Counted from the stretch's first letter, positions 16,525 to 26,385 are shown. The stretch is 43,750 nucleotides of DNA from Coriobacteriia bacterium (GCA_009779675.1 WRDS01000003.1:1-43750); one strand, 5' to 3'. A program made the numbers and translations. The notes: generated from the sequence alone by a model not told the origin.

Positions 16525-17763
16525 TTATAGGCCTGCGGCTTTCACGAGCTCCTCGACACGGTTAACGCGCTCCCAGGTGAAGTCCCGATCCTCGCGCCCG
16601 AAATGGCCATACGCTGAAGTCTTACGGTAGATAGGCCGACGCAGGTCAAGATCTGCAATGATGGCACCTGGGCGCAGATCGAACACCTCGACCACCGCCT
16701 GCTCGATGCGGGAGACCTCGGTTTTTTCTGTGCCGAACGTCTCGACAAGCACCGATAACGGGTTCGCAACACCGATCGCATACGCAAGCTGTATCTCGCA
16801 GCGTTCGGCAAGGCCAGCGGCGACCACGTTCTTTGCCGCCCATCTGGCTGCATACGCAGCCGAGCGGTCCACTTTGGTACAGTCCTTGCCCGAGAACGCA
16901 CCTCCACCATGCCTTCCCATTCCCCCGTACGTGTCCACAATGATCTTCCGCCCCGTGAGGCCGGTATCGCCCATGGGGCCTCCGACCACAAAGCGTCCGG
17001 TCGGGTTCACAAAGACCTCTGCGTCCGAATACGACATCCCTTCATGCTCAAACACCGGTTTTATGACCTGCTCGATAAGATCCGATCGCAGCAGGCCGCT
17101 GATGCTCACATCGCCAGCATGCTGCGTCGAGATCAGGATCTTTTCTACCGCAACAGGCTTATCATCCTCATACCGGACACTTACCTGTGTCTTGCCGTCA
17201 GGCCTAAGATACTCAAGCACCCCGGCCTTGCGTGCGGCGGTGAGGCGCTCGGCTAAGCGATGTGCAAGATAGATGGGCATGGGCATGAGCGCGCTCGTCT
17301 CATTGCACGCATAGCCAAACATCATGCCTTGATCGCCCGCGCCAATGAGGTCGATCGAATCGGTCCCGCGGCCATGCTGCACCTCGAACGACTCGTCAAC
17401 GCCCAACGCGATATCAGGGCTTTGCTCATGGATGCCCAAGACCACACCGCATGTCTCGGCATCAAAGCCATACTTTGCGCGGGTATAGCCGATCTCGCCG
17501 ACCACCTCGCGGACTATCGAAGGGATCTCGACGTACGCGTGGGTGCGTATCTCGCCACCGACCACGACAAGCCCCGTAGTGGTGAAGCACTCGCATGCGC
17601 AACGCACATAGCCCGGATCCGCACCGGGGACCTCTTGCTCGGCAAGCGCGACCTCACCGGCAATGATCGCATCAAGCACCGCATCCGAGATAGCATCACA
17701 CATCTTGTCAGGGTGCCCCTCGGTCACTGACTCCGAGGTAAAAAGGTAGTTCCTCCCGCTCAT
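16525..17763 (-). CDS. metK: S-adenosylmethionine synthetase
   Basis: [61 protein letters not shown]; ATG at 17763 with AGGAGG RBS. Confidence 0.98.
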   Translation of the reverse strand: MSGRNYLFTSESVTEGHPDKMCDAISDAVLDAIIAGEVALAEQEVPGADPGYVRCACECFTTTGLVVVGGEIRTHAYVEIPSIVREVVGEIGYTRAKYGFDAETCGVVLGIHEQSPDIALGVDESFEVQHGRGTDSIDLIGAGDQGMMFGYACNETSALMPMPIYLAHRLAERLTAARKAGVLEYLRPDGKTQVSVRYEDDKPVAVEKILISTQHAGDVSISGLLRSDLIEQVIKPVFEHEGMSYSDAEVFVNPTGRFVVGGPMGDTGLTGRKIIVDTYGGMGRHGGGAFSGKDCTKVDRSAAYAARWAAKNVVAAGLAERCEIQLAYAIGVANPLSVLVETFGTEKTEVSRIEQAVVEVFDLRPGAIIADLDLRRPIYRKTSAYGHFGREDRDFTWERVNRVEELVKAAGL

Positions 17764-17856
17764 ATCGCCCTCCTGACCATCTGCACTGCGTGTCACGTCA
17801 AAACAAACCTGGTCGAAACCGTGCCTTTGACCGCATAAGCCTTCAAAGCAAGCACC

Positions 17857-17894
17857 AAAAATCAACAAAGCCCCGCCTGAAACGACGAGGGCTC
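17857..17894 (-). terminator. Intrinsic terminator of the SAM riboswitch expression platform
   Basis: Minus strand AGCCC(T)CGTC-loop-GGCGGGGCT followed by TTGTTGATTTTT. Confidence 0.6.
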
Positions 17895-17926
17895 GAGTTC
17901 GCACGCAACCATGCGATCGGTCTTCC

Positions 17927-18060
17927 CTCATCTTTCAGGCATATCTGCCTGCCGAGAAGTGGCACCGTGCGCTTCTTTCAGCGCCGGTTGCCGGGGCGTC
18001 AAAGGTCTCGGTCCCTCGACCCTCTGCAGTCAGCATGTGGACTGGCTGCCTCTGGATGAG
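17927..18060 (-). ncRNA. SAM-I (S-box) riboswitch with an extra hairpin in J1/2
   Basis: CTCATCCAGAG...GAGGGA...GCCCCGGCAACC...GGTGCC...CAGGC..GCCTGAAAGATGAG; pseudoknot CCGAGA/TCTCGG; upstream of metK. Confidence 0.92.
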
Positions 18061-18157
18061 CATCTGCACGATAGCACTCCACAGGCAATGTGCCAAATCG
18101 CAGTCGTCGATTTGCACCGCCGGTCACGGTTGCCAAACACCGAATGCCGCACTGATG

Positions 18158-18196
18158 ACGTAGGCTGCAACCCGAAGGGAGGGTCACAGCCTACGT
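18158..18196. terminator. Hairpin downstream of the RCC1/CWB2 gene
   Basis: ACGTAGGCTG / CAGCCTACGT perfect 10-bp inverted repeat with inner ACCC/GGGT. Confidence 0.5.
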
Positions 18197-18300
18197 TCTG
18201 GTCGTGCTGATGCCAGATCCTGCGGTATGTCAGGTCTTGCAGGTCTTTCCTGTGTCAGACATGCTACGCGTTGCCCGACATTGCCATGCAATGCCCGACC

Positions 18301-20652
18301 TTACAGCAAGAGGTCTTCCAGCTTGCCCATGACATTGCCGGAGACCACGTTCTCTCCGCCATAGATCTGGATGTTTGGCTTGGTGCTCCCGTACGTGTCA
18401 GGCAGGTAGGTGACCCAGTTCGCCGAGAGCGCGTCAGACGCGGTGAGCACGAGGATGCCGCCCCGCTCGCCAGTTGCAGCCCCACCGGCGAGCGCATCCG
18501 GGAAGTTCGTGCCTGTTGCAACCCCGATAAAGCCCTTTGTAGCAAGGGAGTTCGTGAACGCGTGCTCAGCGATCTTCTGCGCGGTCTCGTAGCGTGTGGC
18601 ACCGGCGACGCGCCTGACCGTCGGGCTCGTGCCAAGGTTCCGTACCGCCAGCTCGACATCTGAGGCGACGGCGGCAGTAGAGCCGAGTATGGCCACGTCG
18701 GTGATCCCAAGGCCTAGGACGGCGTTCGCCGCAGGGGAAGGGAGTTCTGCCGGGCGGGTAAGGATGACTGGCATCTTGTTGCGATAGGCGAGCGGGGAGA
18801 CGGCGAGGCCGTCCGCGAAGTTGTCTCCACGAGCCAGAAACGCCTTCTTGGCAAATGACGGCCCCTCAAGCTCCGCGACCTTGTCTGCGATAGCAGCGCT
18901 CGTGCCGTAGCGGTCGGTACCGGCGATGCGCTCGACTTGAAGCTTTGCGCCGGTAAGCGCACTTTCCACCGCATTAGAGACCGCTGCAGGAGAGCCCATG
19001 ATGTAGGCCCTCTCCGCGCCGAGGCGCTCTATCTCTGCAAGCACGCCGGGACTCAGAGCATCCGGCCTTGTGAGGAGGAGGGGTGCTTTCTCCGAACCTG
19101 CGAGCGCGCTTGCCGAGAGCGCGTCTGCATAGTTCATGCCGGTGGCTATGATGACCGCTTCCGAACCCTCGAAGTTTCTCTTGCTCACCTCGATGGCGGT
19201 CGCGAAACGGTCTGCGCCAAAGACGCGGGTGATACGAGTGGTCGGGTCACCGGGGCCGGAGCCGTCGACGAGGATAGGAACGCTCTTGTCGTTGCTCCGC
19301 GTCCCGTCCCCGCCAGTGCCGTCGCCGAGTTGGCCTTGAGCATTGTTTCCCCACGCCCAGAGCGAGCCATCGTCCTTGACACCGAGGGAGTGTCGTCCCC
19401 CTGCGCTCACGGCCTTCCATTTGTCGGCAGCGCTTCCGGTGAGGATAGGAACGTTCTTGTCGTTGCTCCGCGTCCCATCCCCGCCAGTGCCGTCGCCGAG
19501 CTGGCCGTAGCCGTTACTCCCCCACGCCCAGAGCGAGCCGTCGCCTTTGATGGCAAAAGAGTGCTCGCTTCCGGCGCTGACGGCCTGCCACCTGTCGGCA
19601 GCAACCCCGACCTGGATGGGGGCGTACTTGTCAACGATCGGGCCTTCTAAGTCATCGGAACCGCTCTCGCCGTTGCCAAGCTGGCCGGAGCTGTTACTCC
19701 CCCACGCCCAGAGCGTGCCGTCGTCCTTGACACCGAGGGAGTGTCGTCCCCCTGCGCTCACGGCCTTCCATTTGTCGGCAGCACTTCCGGTGAGGACAGG
19801 AGTGTTTGCGCCCGCCGTCGAGCCGGTGCCGAGCTGGCCGGAGCTGTTACGCCCCCATGCCCAGAGCGATCCGTCGTCCTTGACACCGAGGGAGTGGTAG
19901 TCTCTTGTGGTCACGGCCTGCCATTTGTCGGCAGCGCCCCCAACCTGGACAGGGGTTCTTCTTACCATGTCCTCCGTCGAGCCAATGCCGAGCTGCTCGT
20001 AGATGTTACTCCCCCACGCCCAGAGCGAGCCGTCCTCCTTGATGCCGAGGGAGTGGTACTGCCCTGTGCTCACGGCCTGCCACCTGTCGGCAGCCTCCCC
20101 AACCCGGACAGGAGTACTCGTGCTGTTAGCACCCGCATCCATGTACATGTCGTCGGGCACGATCATACCGATGCCGAGCGCAGAGCCATTGTTATCCCCC
20201 CACGCCCAGAGCGAGCCGTCGCCTTTGATGGCAAAAGAGCGGTCGACTCCGGCGCTGACGGCCTTCCAGTTGTCGGCAGCAACCCCGACCTGGACGGGGG
20301 TGTTTGTGCTGGTACCTGAGCCGCGTATGCCAATGCCGAGCTGGCCGTAGCCGTTACTCCCCCACGCCCAAAGCGACCCATCGTTCTTGATGGCAAGTGA
20401 GTGGCTGCTCCCAGCGCTCACAGCCTTCCATCCTACAGATCCTGCAGAGAGCGAGGCGACGGGCAGCGTGGCTTCCGGTGCCGCACCGTCCGCGACCGCC
20501 GGAGCACCAGCGACCGCCATTCCACCACTGCCCGAGACACCGCCTGCCCACGCCGCCCCCGGCATGGCACCAAGAACAAGCGCGAGGCAAAGAAGCACCG
20601 AGAGGCGTACCCGCCGCCTCGTGCCTGCTGTTTTTCTGAGGGTCTGATCCAT
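18301..20652 (-). CDS. Secreted surface protein: seven RCC1/BLIP-II-like repeats + three cell-wall-binding-repeat-2 (CWB2) units
   Basis: Signal peptide (..PGAAWA); 7 copies of W.AVS.G..HS...K.DG.LWAWG.N..GQLG; three RxxGxDRY/TRY..T...A.G.N.xDAL/GL CWB2 motifs; AAGGAGG RBS. Confidence 0.92.
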   Translation of the reverse strand: MDQTLRKTAGTRRRVRLSVLLCLALVLGAMPGAAWAGGVSGSGGMAVAGAPAVADGAAPEATLPVASLSAGSVGWKAVSAGSSHSLAIKNDGSLWAWGSNGYGQLGIGIRGSGTSTNTPVQVGVAADNWKAVSAGVDRSFAIKGDGSLWAWGDNNGSALGIGMIVPDDMYMDAGANSTSTPVRVGEAADRWQAVSTGQYHSLGIKEDGSLWAWGSNIYEQLGIGSTEDMVRRTPVQVGGAADKWQAVTTRDYHSLGVKDDGSLWAWGRNSSGQLGTGSTAGANTPVLTGSAADKWKAVSAGGRHSLGVKDDGTLWAWGSNSSGQLGNGESGSDDLEGPIVDKYAPIQVGVAADRWQAVSAGSEHSFAIKGDGSLWAWGSNGYGQLGDGTGGDGTRSNDKNVPILTGSAADKWKAVSAGGRHSLGVKDDGSLWAWGNNAQGQLGDGTGGDGTRSNDKSVPILVDGSGPGDPTTRITRVFGADRFATAIEVSKRNFEGSEAVIIATGMNYADALSASALAGSEKAPLLLTRPDALSPGVLAEIERLGAERAYIMGSPAAVSNAVESALTGAKLQVERIAGTDRYGTSAAIADKVAELEGPSFAKKAFLARGDNFADGLAVSPLAYRNKMPVILTRPAELPSPAANAVLGLGITDVAILGSTAAVASDVELAVRNLGTSPTVRRVAGATRYETAQKIAEHAFTNSLATKGFIGVATGTNFPDALAGGAATGERGGILVLTASDALSANWVTYLPDTYGSTKPNIQIYGGENVVSGNVMGKLEDLLL

Positions 20653-20745
20653 ATGACACCCTCCTTAAAAAGTCGCCTTACATCCTTTGCGGTGAAAACC
20701 GCCTTGCGTAACAGATCCACGTAAAAATCTGTCCCTGTATTGGTG

Positions 20746-20776
20746 ATACTACCAGCAGTTATGCGTAGGCTGTCAA
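20746..20776 (-). promoter_or_regulatory. Putative promoter of the RCC1/CWB2 gene
   Basis: TTGACA, 19-nt spacer ending TGG, TAGTAT (spacer longer than usual). Confidence 0.4.
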
Positions 20777-20971
20777 ACAGTAGCGGCTACGACGCGCCCG
20801 CACGACGACATGCGATGTCTACAAAAATTCCTAAAATTCTCAGGTATTATGGTTTTTACACAGAACAAATTACGTGCGCGTCATAAAAAGCAATCAGACA
20901 AAACCGCAAGGAATCGCACTGATAAAAACCCATTGCTCCTTTGATAAAAGCAGCCGAACGGAGTGAGCAAC

Positions 20972-21427
20972 GTGCTCAAAGCCCTTATGGAGAAGCACGA
21001 CCGCCGCATGACACAAGTAACCACACTGCTTGAGTTGACAGTCGTGTGGGCAGAGCTGGTGGTCGCGCTCATCCTTGCAGCGGTGGTTATCGGCATGGTC
21101 GTCCACATCTCCGGAGCCACATTCGAGATGTTTCGCTCAACGATCCAAGCTGGAGAAAAAACGCAGATAAGCTCTGTTATCAAGGCAGTGCTCGACACTT
21201 TTATCGTAATCGAGCTTTTCCGCATAACTATCGCGTACGTCAGGCACCATGAGGTGGTTGACATCGTGCTTGAGACAGCACTTGTAGTGGCCGCCCGTGA
21301 GATAGTCGTCATTGAGGCCGGTGCAAAGGACCCCCTTGCGGCAACCGCTGTCGGCGGCACGCTGCTTGCTATCGGCATTACGTGGTACCTGCTTCGCAAA
21401 AGCCTCACACAAAACGATAGGGGGTAA
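20972..21427 (+). CDS. Phosphate-starvation-inducible PsiE-family membrane protein
   Basis: Four TM segments; VLDTFIVIELFR...Y.RHH.....VLETALVVAAREIVV; GTG start 8 nt after GGAG (20963 is an alternative). Confidence 0.75.
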   Translation: MLKALMEKHDRRMTQVTTLLELTVVWAELVVALILAAVVIGMVVHISGATFEMFRSTIQAGEKTQISSVIKAVLDTFIVIELFRITIAYVRHHEVVDIVLETALVVAAREIVVIEAGAKDPLAATAVGGTLLAIGITWYLLRKSLTQNDRG

Positions 21428-21433
21428 CAGACC

Positions 21434-22966
21434 GTGCCTACCCAGATCTCGCCTGATACCCAGGCCACATCCACCAAGACCACACCGGCGCAGGCCGTGC
21501 CCGGCGGTGCGCCCCGTGTGCGCTTCGCCCCCTCGCCAACAGGGACCCTGCATCTGGGGGGTGCACGCACCGCTATCTACAACTGGGCATTCGCCCGCAA
21601 AGAAGGCGGCGCGTTTATCCTGCGCATCGACGACACCGACTCCGAGCGGTCGACTGCCGAGAACACCGCGCAAATCCTGCATTCGCTCAAATGGCTCGGG
21701 CTTGACTGGGACGAAGGCCCAGAGGCAGGCGGTGCATCCGGTCCTTACTTCCAGACGCAGCGCTCGGCAGGTTATGCGACCGCCTTGGAGCTTATGAAGG
21801 CCACGGGAGCAGCTTACCCATGCTTCTGCTCGGCCAGCGAGCTTGCCAGCAAGCGCGAGGCGGCACGCGATGGAGGAGGCATGGTCGGCTACGACCGCGC
21901 CTGCCGAGGCATCGGCCCGGATGCCGCAACAGAGCGCATCGCTGCCGGTGAGCCTCACGTCTGGCGACTCAAGGTCCCTCTTGACCGGAAGCCGGTCGTT
22001 GTGGATGATGCCGTGCGCGGGAAGACCGTGTTTGCAACAGAGGCCATTGACGATTTTGTCCTCGTGCGAAACGACGGCTCGCCGACTTACAACTTCGCAA
22101 CGGTAGTCGACGACGCGGACATGCGGATCACCCACGTTATCCGGGGCGACGACCACCTCACCAACACCCCCAAGCAGATCCTGGTCTTTGAGGCGCTCGG
22201 CTACCCTGTCCCGCAGTTCGCGCACCTTTCTATGATCTGGGGGCCGGATGGCAAAAAGCTCTCCAAGCGGCACGGGGCAACCTCGGTCGAGGCGTACGCC
22301 GACGCGGGATACCTGCCAGAAGCGCTGCGCAATTATCTTGCACTCCTCGGTTGGTCGCTTGATGGGGAGACCACGATCATCTCCGCAGATATGCTGACCT
22401 CAAACTTCTCGCTTTCGCGGATCAGCAAGAACCCCGCGATCTTCGATGCCGAGAAACTCGAATGGATGAACGGTGCCTATATCCGCGGGATGGCACCTGA
22501 GGCCCTCGCCGAGCGCATGCTTCCCTGGCTTGAGGAGGCAGGGTTTGCCGACGGTGCTGACCTCGAGGCCCGCCCCGAGTGGTATGCGCACCTCGCCGAG
22601 CTGATCGCCGAGCGCACCAAGCGGCTGGACGAGGTCGCGGGCAAGGTCGCGTTCCTGTTCGAGGATCCGGCGATCGAAGAGCCAGACCGCTCAAAGGTGC
22701 TCGCAAAGCCTGGCTCGCTTGAGTCGCTTAAGGCCGCTCGCCAGGCACTCGCGGCGTGCGAGTGGGATGCCACCGCCATCGAGGAGGCGCTGCGCCGCAT
22801 CCCGGAGGCAGTGGACATCAAGCCCAAAGTAGCCTTTCAGGCCGTGCGCGTGGCCATTACGGGCTCGGCGGTCTCTCCCCCGCTCTTTGAGTCGCTCGAG
22901 CTGCTCGGACGCGAGCGCGCACTTGGGCGCATCTGCGCAGCCGAGCCACTCGCCGAGGTACCCTGA
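21434..22966 (+). CDS. gltX: Glutamate--tRNA ligase
   Basis: RVRFAPSPTG.LHLGG, LRIDDTD, THVIRGDDH, KLSKR, R.AITG...SPPLF anticodon-binding domain. Confidence 0.97.
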   Translation: MPTQISPDTQATSTKTTPAQAVPGGAPRVRFAPSPTGTLHLGGARTAIYNWAFARKEGGAFILRIDDTDSERSTAENTAQILHSLKWLGLDWDEGPEAGGASGPYFQTQRSAGYATALELMKATGAAYPCFCSASELASKREAARDGGGMVGYDRACRGIGPDAATERIAAGEPHVWRLKVPLDRKPVVVDDAVRGKTVFATEAIDDFVLVRNDGSPTYNFATVVDDADMRITHVIRGDDHLTNTPKQILVFEALGYPVPQFAHLSMIWGPDGKKLSKRHGATSVEAYADAGYLPEALRNYLALLGWSLDGETTIISADMLTSNFSLSRISKNPAIFDAEKLEWMNGAYIRGMAPEALAERMLPWLEEAGFADGADLEARPEWYAHLAELIAERTKRLDEVAGKVAFLFEDPAIEEPDRSKVLAKPGSLESLKAARQALAACEWDATAIEEALRRIPEAVDIKPKVAFQAVRVAITGSAVSPPLFESLELLGRERALGRICAAEPLAEVP

Positions 22967-23010
22967 ACGATACCGACCCTGCTCCAACGGCTCGATCGGT
23001 GTTGTTTTTT
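22967..23010 (+). terminator. Putative intrinsic terminator of gltX
   Basis: ACGATACCGA / TCGGTGTTGT stem with G-U pairs, followed by a T tract. Confidence 0.5.
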
Positions 23011-23546
23011 CAGCCCTGATCCAGCGACTCGGTCTGCTCGGCCATGCTTTGAAGGTACTCTTCGTACCGCTTCCTCTGCGGTGAGAGTTCTTTTTCGGTC
23101 TGGAAAAGCCCGGTCGGCTGCGCACCTTCAAACCATTTGAACAAGGCGAACATGCTTGCCGGCCCATTGACCCCGATCCCTACAATCGGAGAGGCTATGA
23201 AATTAAGGCTTTTGTCGCCGCCTTCGGCCACTTCGTCGTCAGCCAGCTGCTCGCGAAGCAAGATCTCGTAGCCACCATGCTCTTCTAACTCTGGCTCCAT
23301 CATCTCACGCGCCGCCCCTAGGCGGATCGCATCATCAGGGTTCGAGCAGAGTTCCCCTAGCACAAACTCCACACTCTCGTCTTCGTGGTCAACGACTATC
23401 TCAATGATCGGGGCCGAGTTATACGGGAACGGGTCATCAAAAAACGGGTCGGCTATCTTGATCATGCCCATCAAGGCAAATTCGCTGGCATCTATATCCG
23501 ATGCCTCATCCACCGTCCAACTTCCATTCAGCTCTCGCAAATTCAA
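23010..23546 (-). CDS. Hypothetical acidic protein
   Basis: About 178-aa D/E-rich ORF; AGGAGGTG RBS 9 nt before TTG at 23546; no recognisable motif. Confidence 0.7.
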   Translation of the reverse strand: MNLRELNGSWTVDEASDIDASEFALMGMIKIADPFFDDPFPYNSAPIIEIVVDHEDESVEFVLGELCSNPDDAIRLGAAREMMEPELEEHGGYEILLREQLADDEVAEGGDKSLNFIASPIVGIGVNGPASMFALFKWFEGAQPTGLFQTEKELSPQRKRYEEYLQSMAEQTESLDQG

Positions 23547-23839
23547 GACGAAAAGCACCTCCTATTGAGCGTCAATACGTCACTTTCCCGTGATGCGTAA
23601 TGCACTATGCGCATTTGTTGGTACATCCTACCGCATCGCAGACGAATCCGGCTGCCGTTTCAGGTAAGCTGATAATAAACGCACAAGAATGACCACAGAA
23701 TGACCACAACGTATACGAGCACACAGAAGTGTCAGCGCGGATGCCAACGCTGCACGAATAGCAGCACCGCATGGGCATCGGCACTAATACCAACGCTGCA
23801 TGAGCGCATGCCGCGCACGAACACATGAGGGGGTGTCTT

Positions 23840-25027
23840 ATGAAATACCGCACAGATCCCAAGACCGGCAAACAGCTTTCCGTCCTCGGCTTTGGCCTGA
23901 TGCGCCTGCCACGGACCCGCGGCTCGATAGACGTCAACCGGGCCGAGGCCATGATCCTTAAAGCAGCCGAGCAGGGGGTCAACTACTTTGACACCGCCTA
24001 TGTATACGGCGGCAGCGAAGAGGCGTTTGGCAAAGTGCTGGGCCGCAACAGCGGACTCCGCGAACGGATCAACATCGCCACAAAACTGCCGCACCAGCGG
24101 TGTAAGGCCTACGATGATCTCGACCGCATCTTCGCCGAGCAGCTTGAACGGCTCCAGGTCAGCAAGATCGACTACTACCTCATCCACAACCTGCCGGATC
24201 CCACAATGTGGCAGCGCCTTACCGAGCTTGGCATCGAACGCTGGATAGCCGCCAAGAAAGCCGCCGAGCAGATCGGGCAGGTGGGGTTCTCCTTCCACGG
24301 TAAGCAGAACGACTTCCTCAATGTGCTCGATGCGTATGACTGGGATTTTTGCCAGATCCAGTACAACTACCTGGATGAGAACTACCAGGCTGGCCGAGTG
24401 GGCCTTGAGGCAGCACACGCCAAAGGCCTGCCGGTGATCATAATGGAGCCGCTGCGGGGAGGGAAGCTGGCCGGCTCCCTGCCCAAAAAAGCAACTGAGG
24501 CGTTCAAGGCTGCTGACCCAGATGCATCAACTGCCTCCTGGGGGCTCAAGTGGATATACAACCAGCCTGAGGCAACGGTCGTTTTAAGCGGCATGAACAG
24601 CGAGGAGCAGCTCTCCGACAACATTGCGACCGCCAGTTCATCTGAGGCCGACATGCTTGGCACTGATGAGCATGCGTTGTACGACGCGGTCATCTCGGTC
24701 ATCCAAGGGAGCTACAGGGTGCCCTGCACCGGATGTAACTACTGCATGCCCTGCCCGCACGGGGTGAACATACCGGGCTGCTTCTCCGCCTATAACGCCC
24801 GTGCGTTCCAGGGCCTGGCAACCGGGCTTATGCAGTATGCCACCAGCACCGGCATCAACCACAAGGACCGGTACAGCGGCGCGAGGAGATGTGCCGAGTG
24901 CGGAGCCTGCCTGAAGAAGTGCCCGCAAGACATTGCGATCATTGATGCGCTTAAAGAGGTGCGCAGGCATATGGAGCCGTTCTGGTTTGGCGCGGTGATG
25001 GCTGTCGCGAGAAGGATCATGACGTGA
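23840..25027 (+). CDS. Aldo/keto reductase with C-terminal 4Fe-4S dicluster
   Basis: SVLGFGLMRLP, GVNYFDTAY.Y, IATKLP, GFSFHG, QIQYNYLD, IMEPLRGG, CTGCNYCMPCP and CAECGACLKKCPQ. Confidence 0.93.
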   Translation: MKYRTDPKTGKQLSVLGFGLMRLPRTRGSIDVNRAEAMILKAAEQGVNYFDTAYVYGGSEEAFGKVLGRNSGLRERINIATKLPHQRCKAYDDLDRIFAEQLERLQVSKIDYYLIHNLPDPTMWQRLTELGIERWIAAKKAAEQIGQVGFSFHGKQNDFLNVLDAYDWDFCQIQYNYLDENYQAGRVGLEAAHAKGLPVIIMEPLRGGKLAGSLPKKATEAFKAADPDASTASWGLKWIYNQPEATVVLSGMNSEEQLSDNIATASSSEADMLGTDEHALYDAVISVIQGSYRVPCTGCNYCMPCPHGVNIPGCFSAYNARAFQGLATGLMQYATSTGINHKDRYSGARRCAECGACLKKCPQDIAIIDALKEVRRHMEPFWFGAVMAVARRIMT

Positions 25028-25116
25028 CAGGTGCCGAATGGCGGACCGTGGCGCTGATGGATACGAGCGCGGGAATCCGGGGTGCGTAGGGAATCCGGGT
25101 ATTCAGAGAATCAGAG

Positions 25117-25758
25117 GTGCTTGACTTGATAGAAAGACTGGCTTGCAAGCTGGGGCGCAATGATGAGACACCCAACATCGAGCTGGCAGAATACCTGCAC
25201 CAGCACAATGACCGTGCTGGAATCAAAGAGATCGTTGATGGGCTTACAGGGCCAGACCGAGCGGTCGCAAGCGACTGTATCAAGGTGCTGTATGAGGTTG
25301 GCGAGAGGGACCCGGAGCTGGTCTCTGGTTATGCGAGCGAGTTCATCTCTTGCCTGGGCTCAAAGAACAATCGGCTGGTATGGGGAGGCATGACTGCTTT
25401 GGTAAAAATTGCCGAGCATGCTCCCCAGCCGATCTTTGAGGAATTACCTGCGATTATATCGGCGTATAAAAGCGGAAGTGTTATCACTGTTGATAACAGC
25501 ATTAGCGTTTTTGCGGGACTCGGCAAGGCTGGCGAAGGCTACATGGAAAAGGTCTTGCCGATACTGGTTGAGCATCTGCAAGCATGTCGGCCAAAAGAGG
25601 TTCCCCAGCACGCTGAACGGGCCTCCGTCTGCTTCAGCAGTAAGAATGCACCTGCGTTTATTGAGGTTCTGGAGCGGCGGCGATCACACCTGACACCATC
25701 GCAGGAGACCCGAGTGAAGAGACTGCTCAAGAAGCTCCACGGTTTGCAGCGGTTATAA
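25117..25758 (+). CDS. Conserved hypothetical alpha-helical (HEAT/ARM-like) protein
   Basis: LGRNDE.PNIELA, SDCIKVLYEVG, L.SKNNRLVWGGM.AL, GSVITVDN, PQHAERA; looks lower in GC than the flanks. Confidence 0.75.
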   Translation: MLDLIERLACKLGRNDETPNIELAEYLHQHNDRAGIKEIVDGLTGPDRAVASDCIKVLYEVGERDPELVSGYASEFISCLGSKNNRLVWGGMTALVKIAEHAPQPIFEELPAIISAYKSGSVITVDNSISVFAGLGKAGEGYMEKVLPILVEHLQACRPKEVPQHAERASVCFSSKNAPAFIEVLERRRSHLTPSQETRVKRLLKKLHGLQRL

Positions 25759-26098
25759 GCAGGACCTCTCTTCGCCTAACCGCGTGCTGCGCACTGTCAT
25801 CGCTTTTGCCAGCTCGGTAGGCGGCGAGCTTGTGATCGGTGTGGCGGATGGCCAGACACTGGCCGGCATTGCGGATCCGTTGATGGAAGAGGGGTGCCTT
25901 GCAAACCTGATCACGGGTTCGATCCGCCCTCAACTTGCTCTAGTTTTTGATTTGATCACGCGCAACGGAAAGACCCTCTTGGTAGCCAGGGTAGCAGCTG
26001 GGTCTCAGCGTCCTTATCACCTGAAATCGACCGGTCGCCACGAGGGCACCTATTACCAAACGCAACCGGATGGTGGAAGGCATCTGCGAGGTCTGTAG
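25754..26098 (+). pseudogene. Truncated AlbA_2/Schlafen-like domain fragment (N-terminal part of an AlbA_2-ATPase-HTH protein)
   Basis: YKQDLSSPNRVLRTVIAFA...GG.LVIGV.D...PY.LK..G...GTYY, then similarity stops abruptly; no proper start. Confidence 0.65.
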
Positions 26099-26102
26099 GC
26101 AT

Positions 26103-26132
26103 CGCAGACCCTGATTCCAGTCAGGGTCTGCG
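26103..26132. terminator. Hairpin just 3' of tRNA-Pro (probable terminator)
   Basis: CGCAGACCCTGA / TCAGGGTCTGCG perfect 12-bp inverted repeat. Confidence 0.7.
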
Positions 26133-26143
26133 GGAGGTTTTAA

Positions 26144-26220
<77 letters not shown>

Positions 26221-26245
26221 ACGCGCTACAAAGCGGCAAGGATGT

Positions 26246-26274
26246 AGTCTACGATGAGTGCGCACCGCATTCAA
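26246..26274 (-). promoter_or_regulatory. Promoter of tRNA-Pro
   Basis: TTGAAT-17 nt-TAGACT, about 25 nt upstream of the tRNA. Confidence 0.65.
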
Positions 26275-26385
26275 GCAAAAAGCGGGAGAGATTCAACCGA
26301 GGGCTCAAACAGAGACTCAAGCGCGACCTACCGCGGCAGGGTTTACGGGCAGCAGGACGAGGAAAAGTCAGGAACAGCAGACTAA

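Noticed and set aside
17764-17931. N-terminal extensions of metK, coaBC (to 29135), the glycosyltransferase (to 31782), def (to 13972) and DUF190 (to 27475) shown in the ORF track
   Set aside because: They overlap upstream genes or the riboswitch platform; family similarity and RBS or promoter signals fit the shorter starts
19260-20435. CRISPR-like repeat-spacer array
   Set aside because: The repeats are in-frame RCC1 coding units of about 160-190 nt, and there are no cas genes
18301-20652. Diversity-generating retroelement (intact gene as target, pseudogene at 4644-5998 as template)
   Set aside because: No reverse transcriptase in the window, and differences between the copies are not adenine-specific
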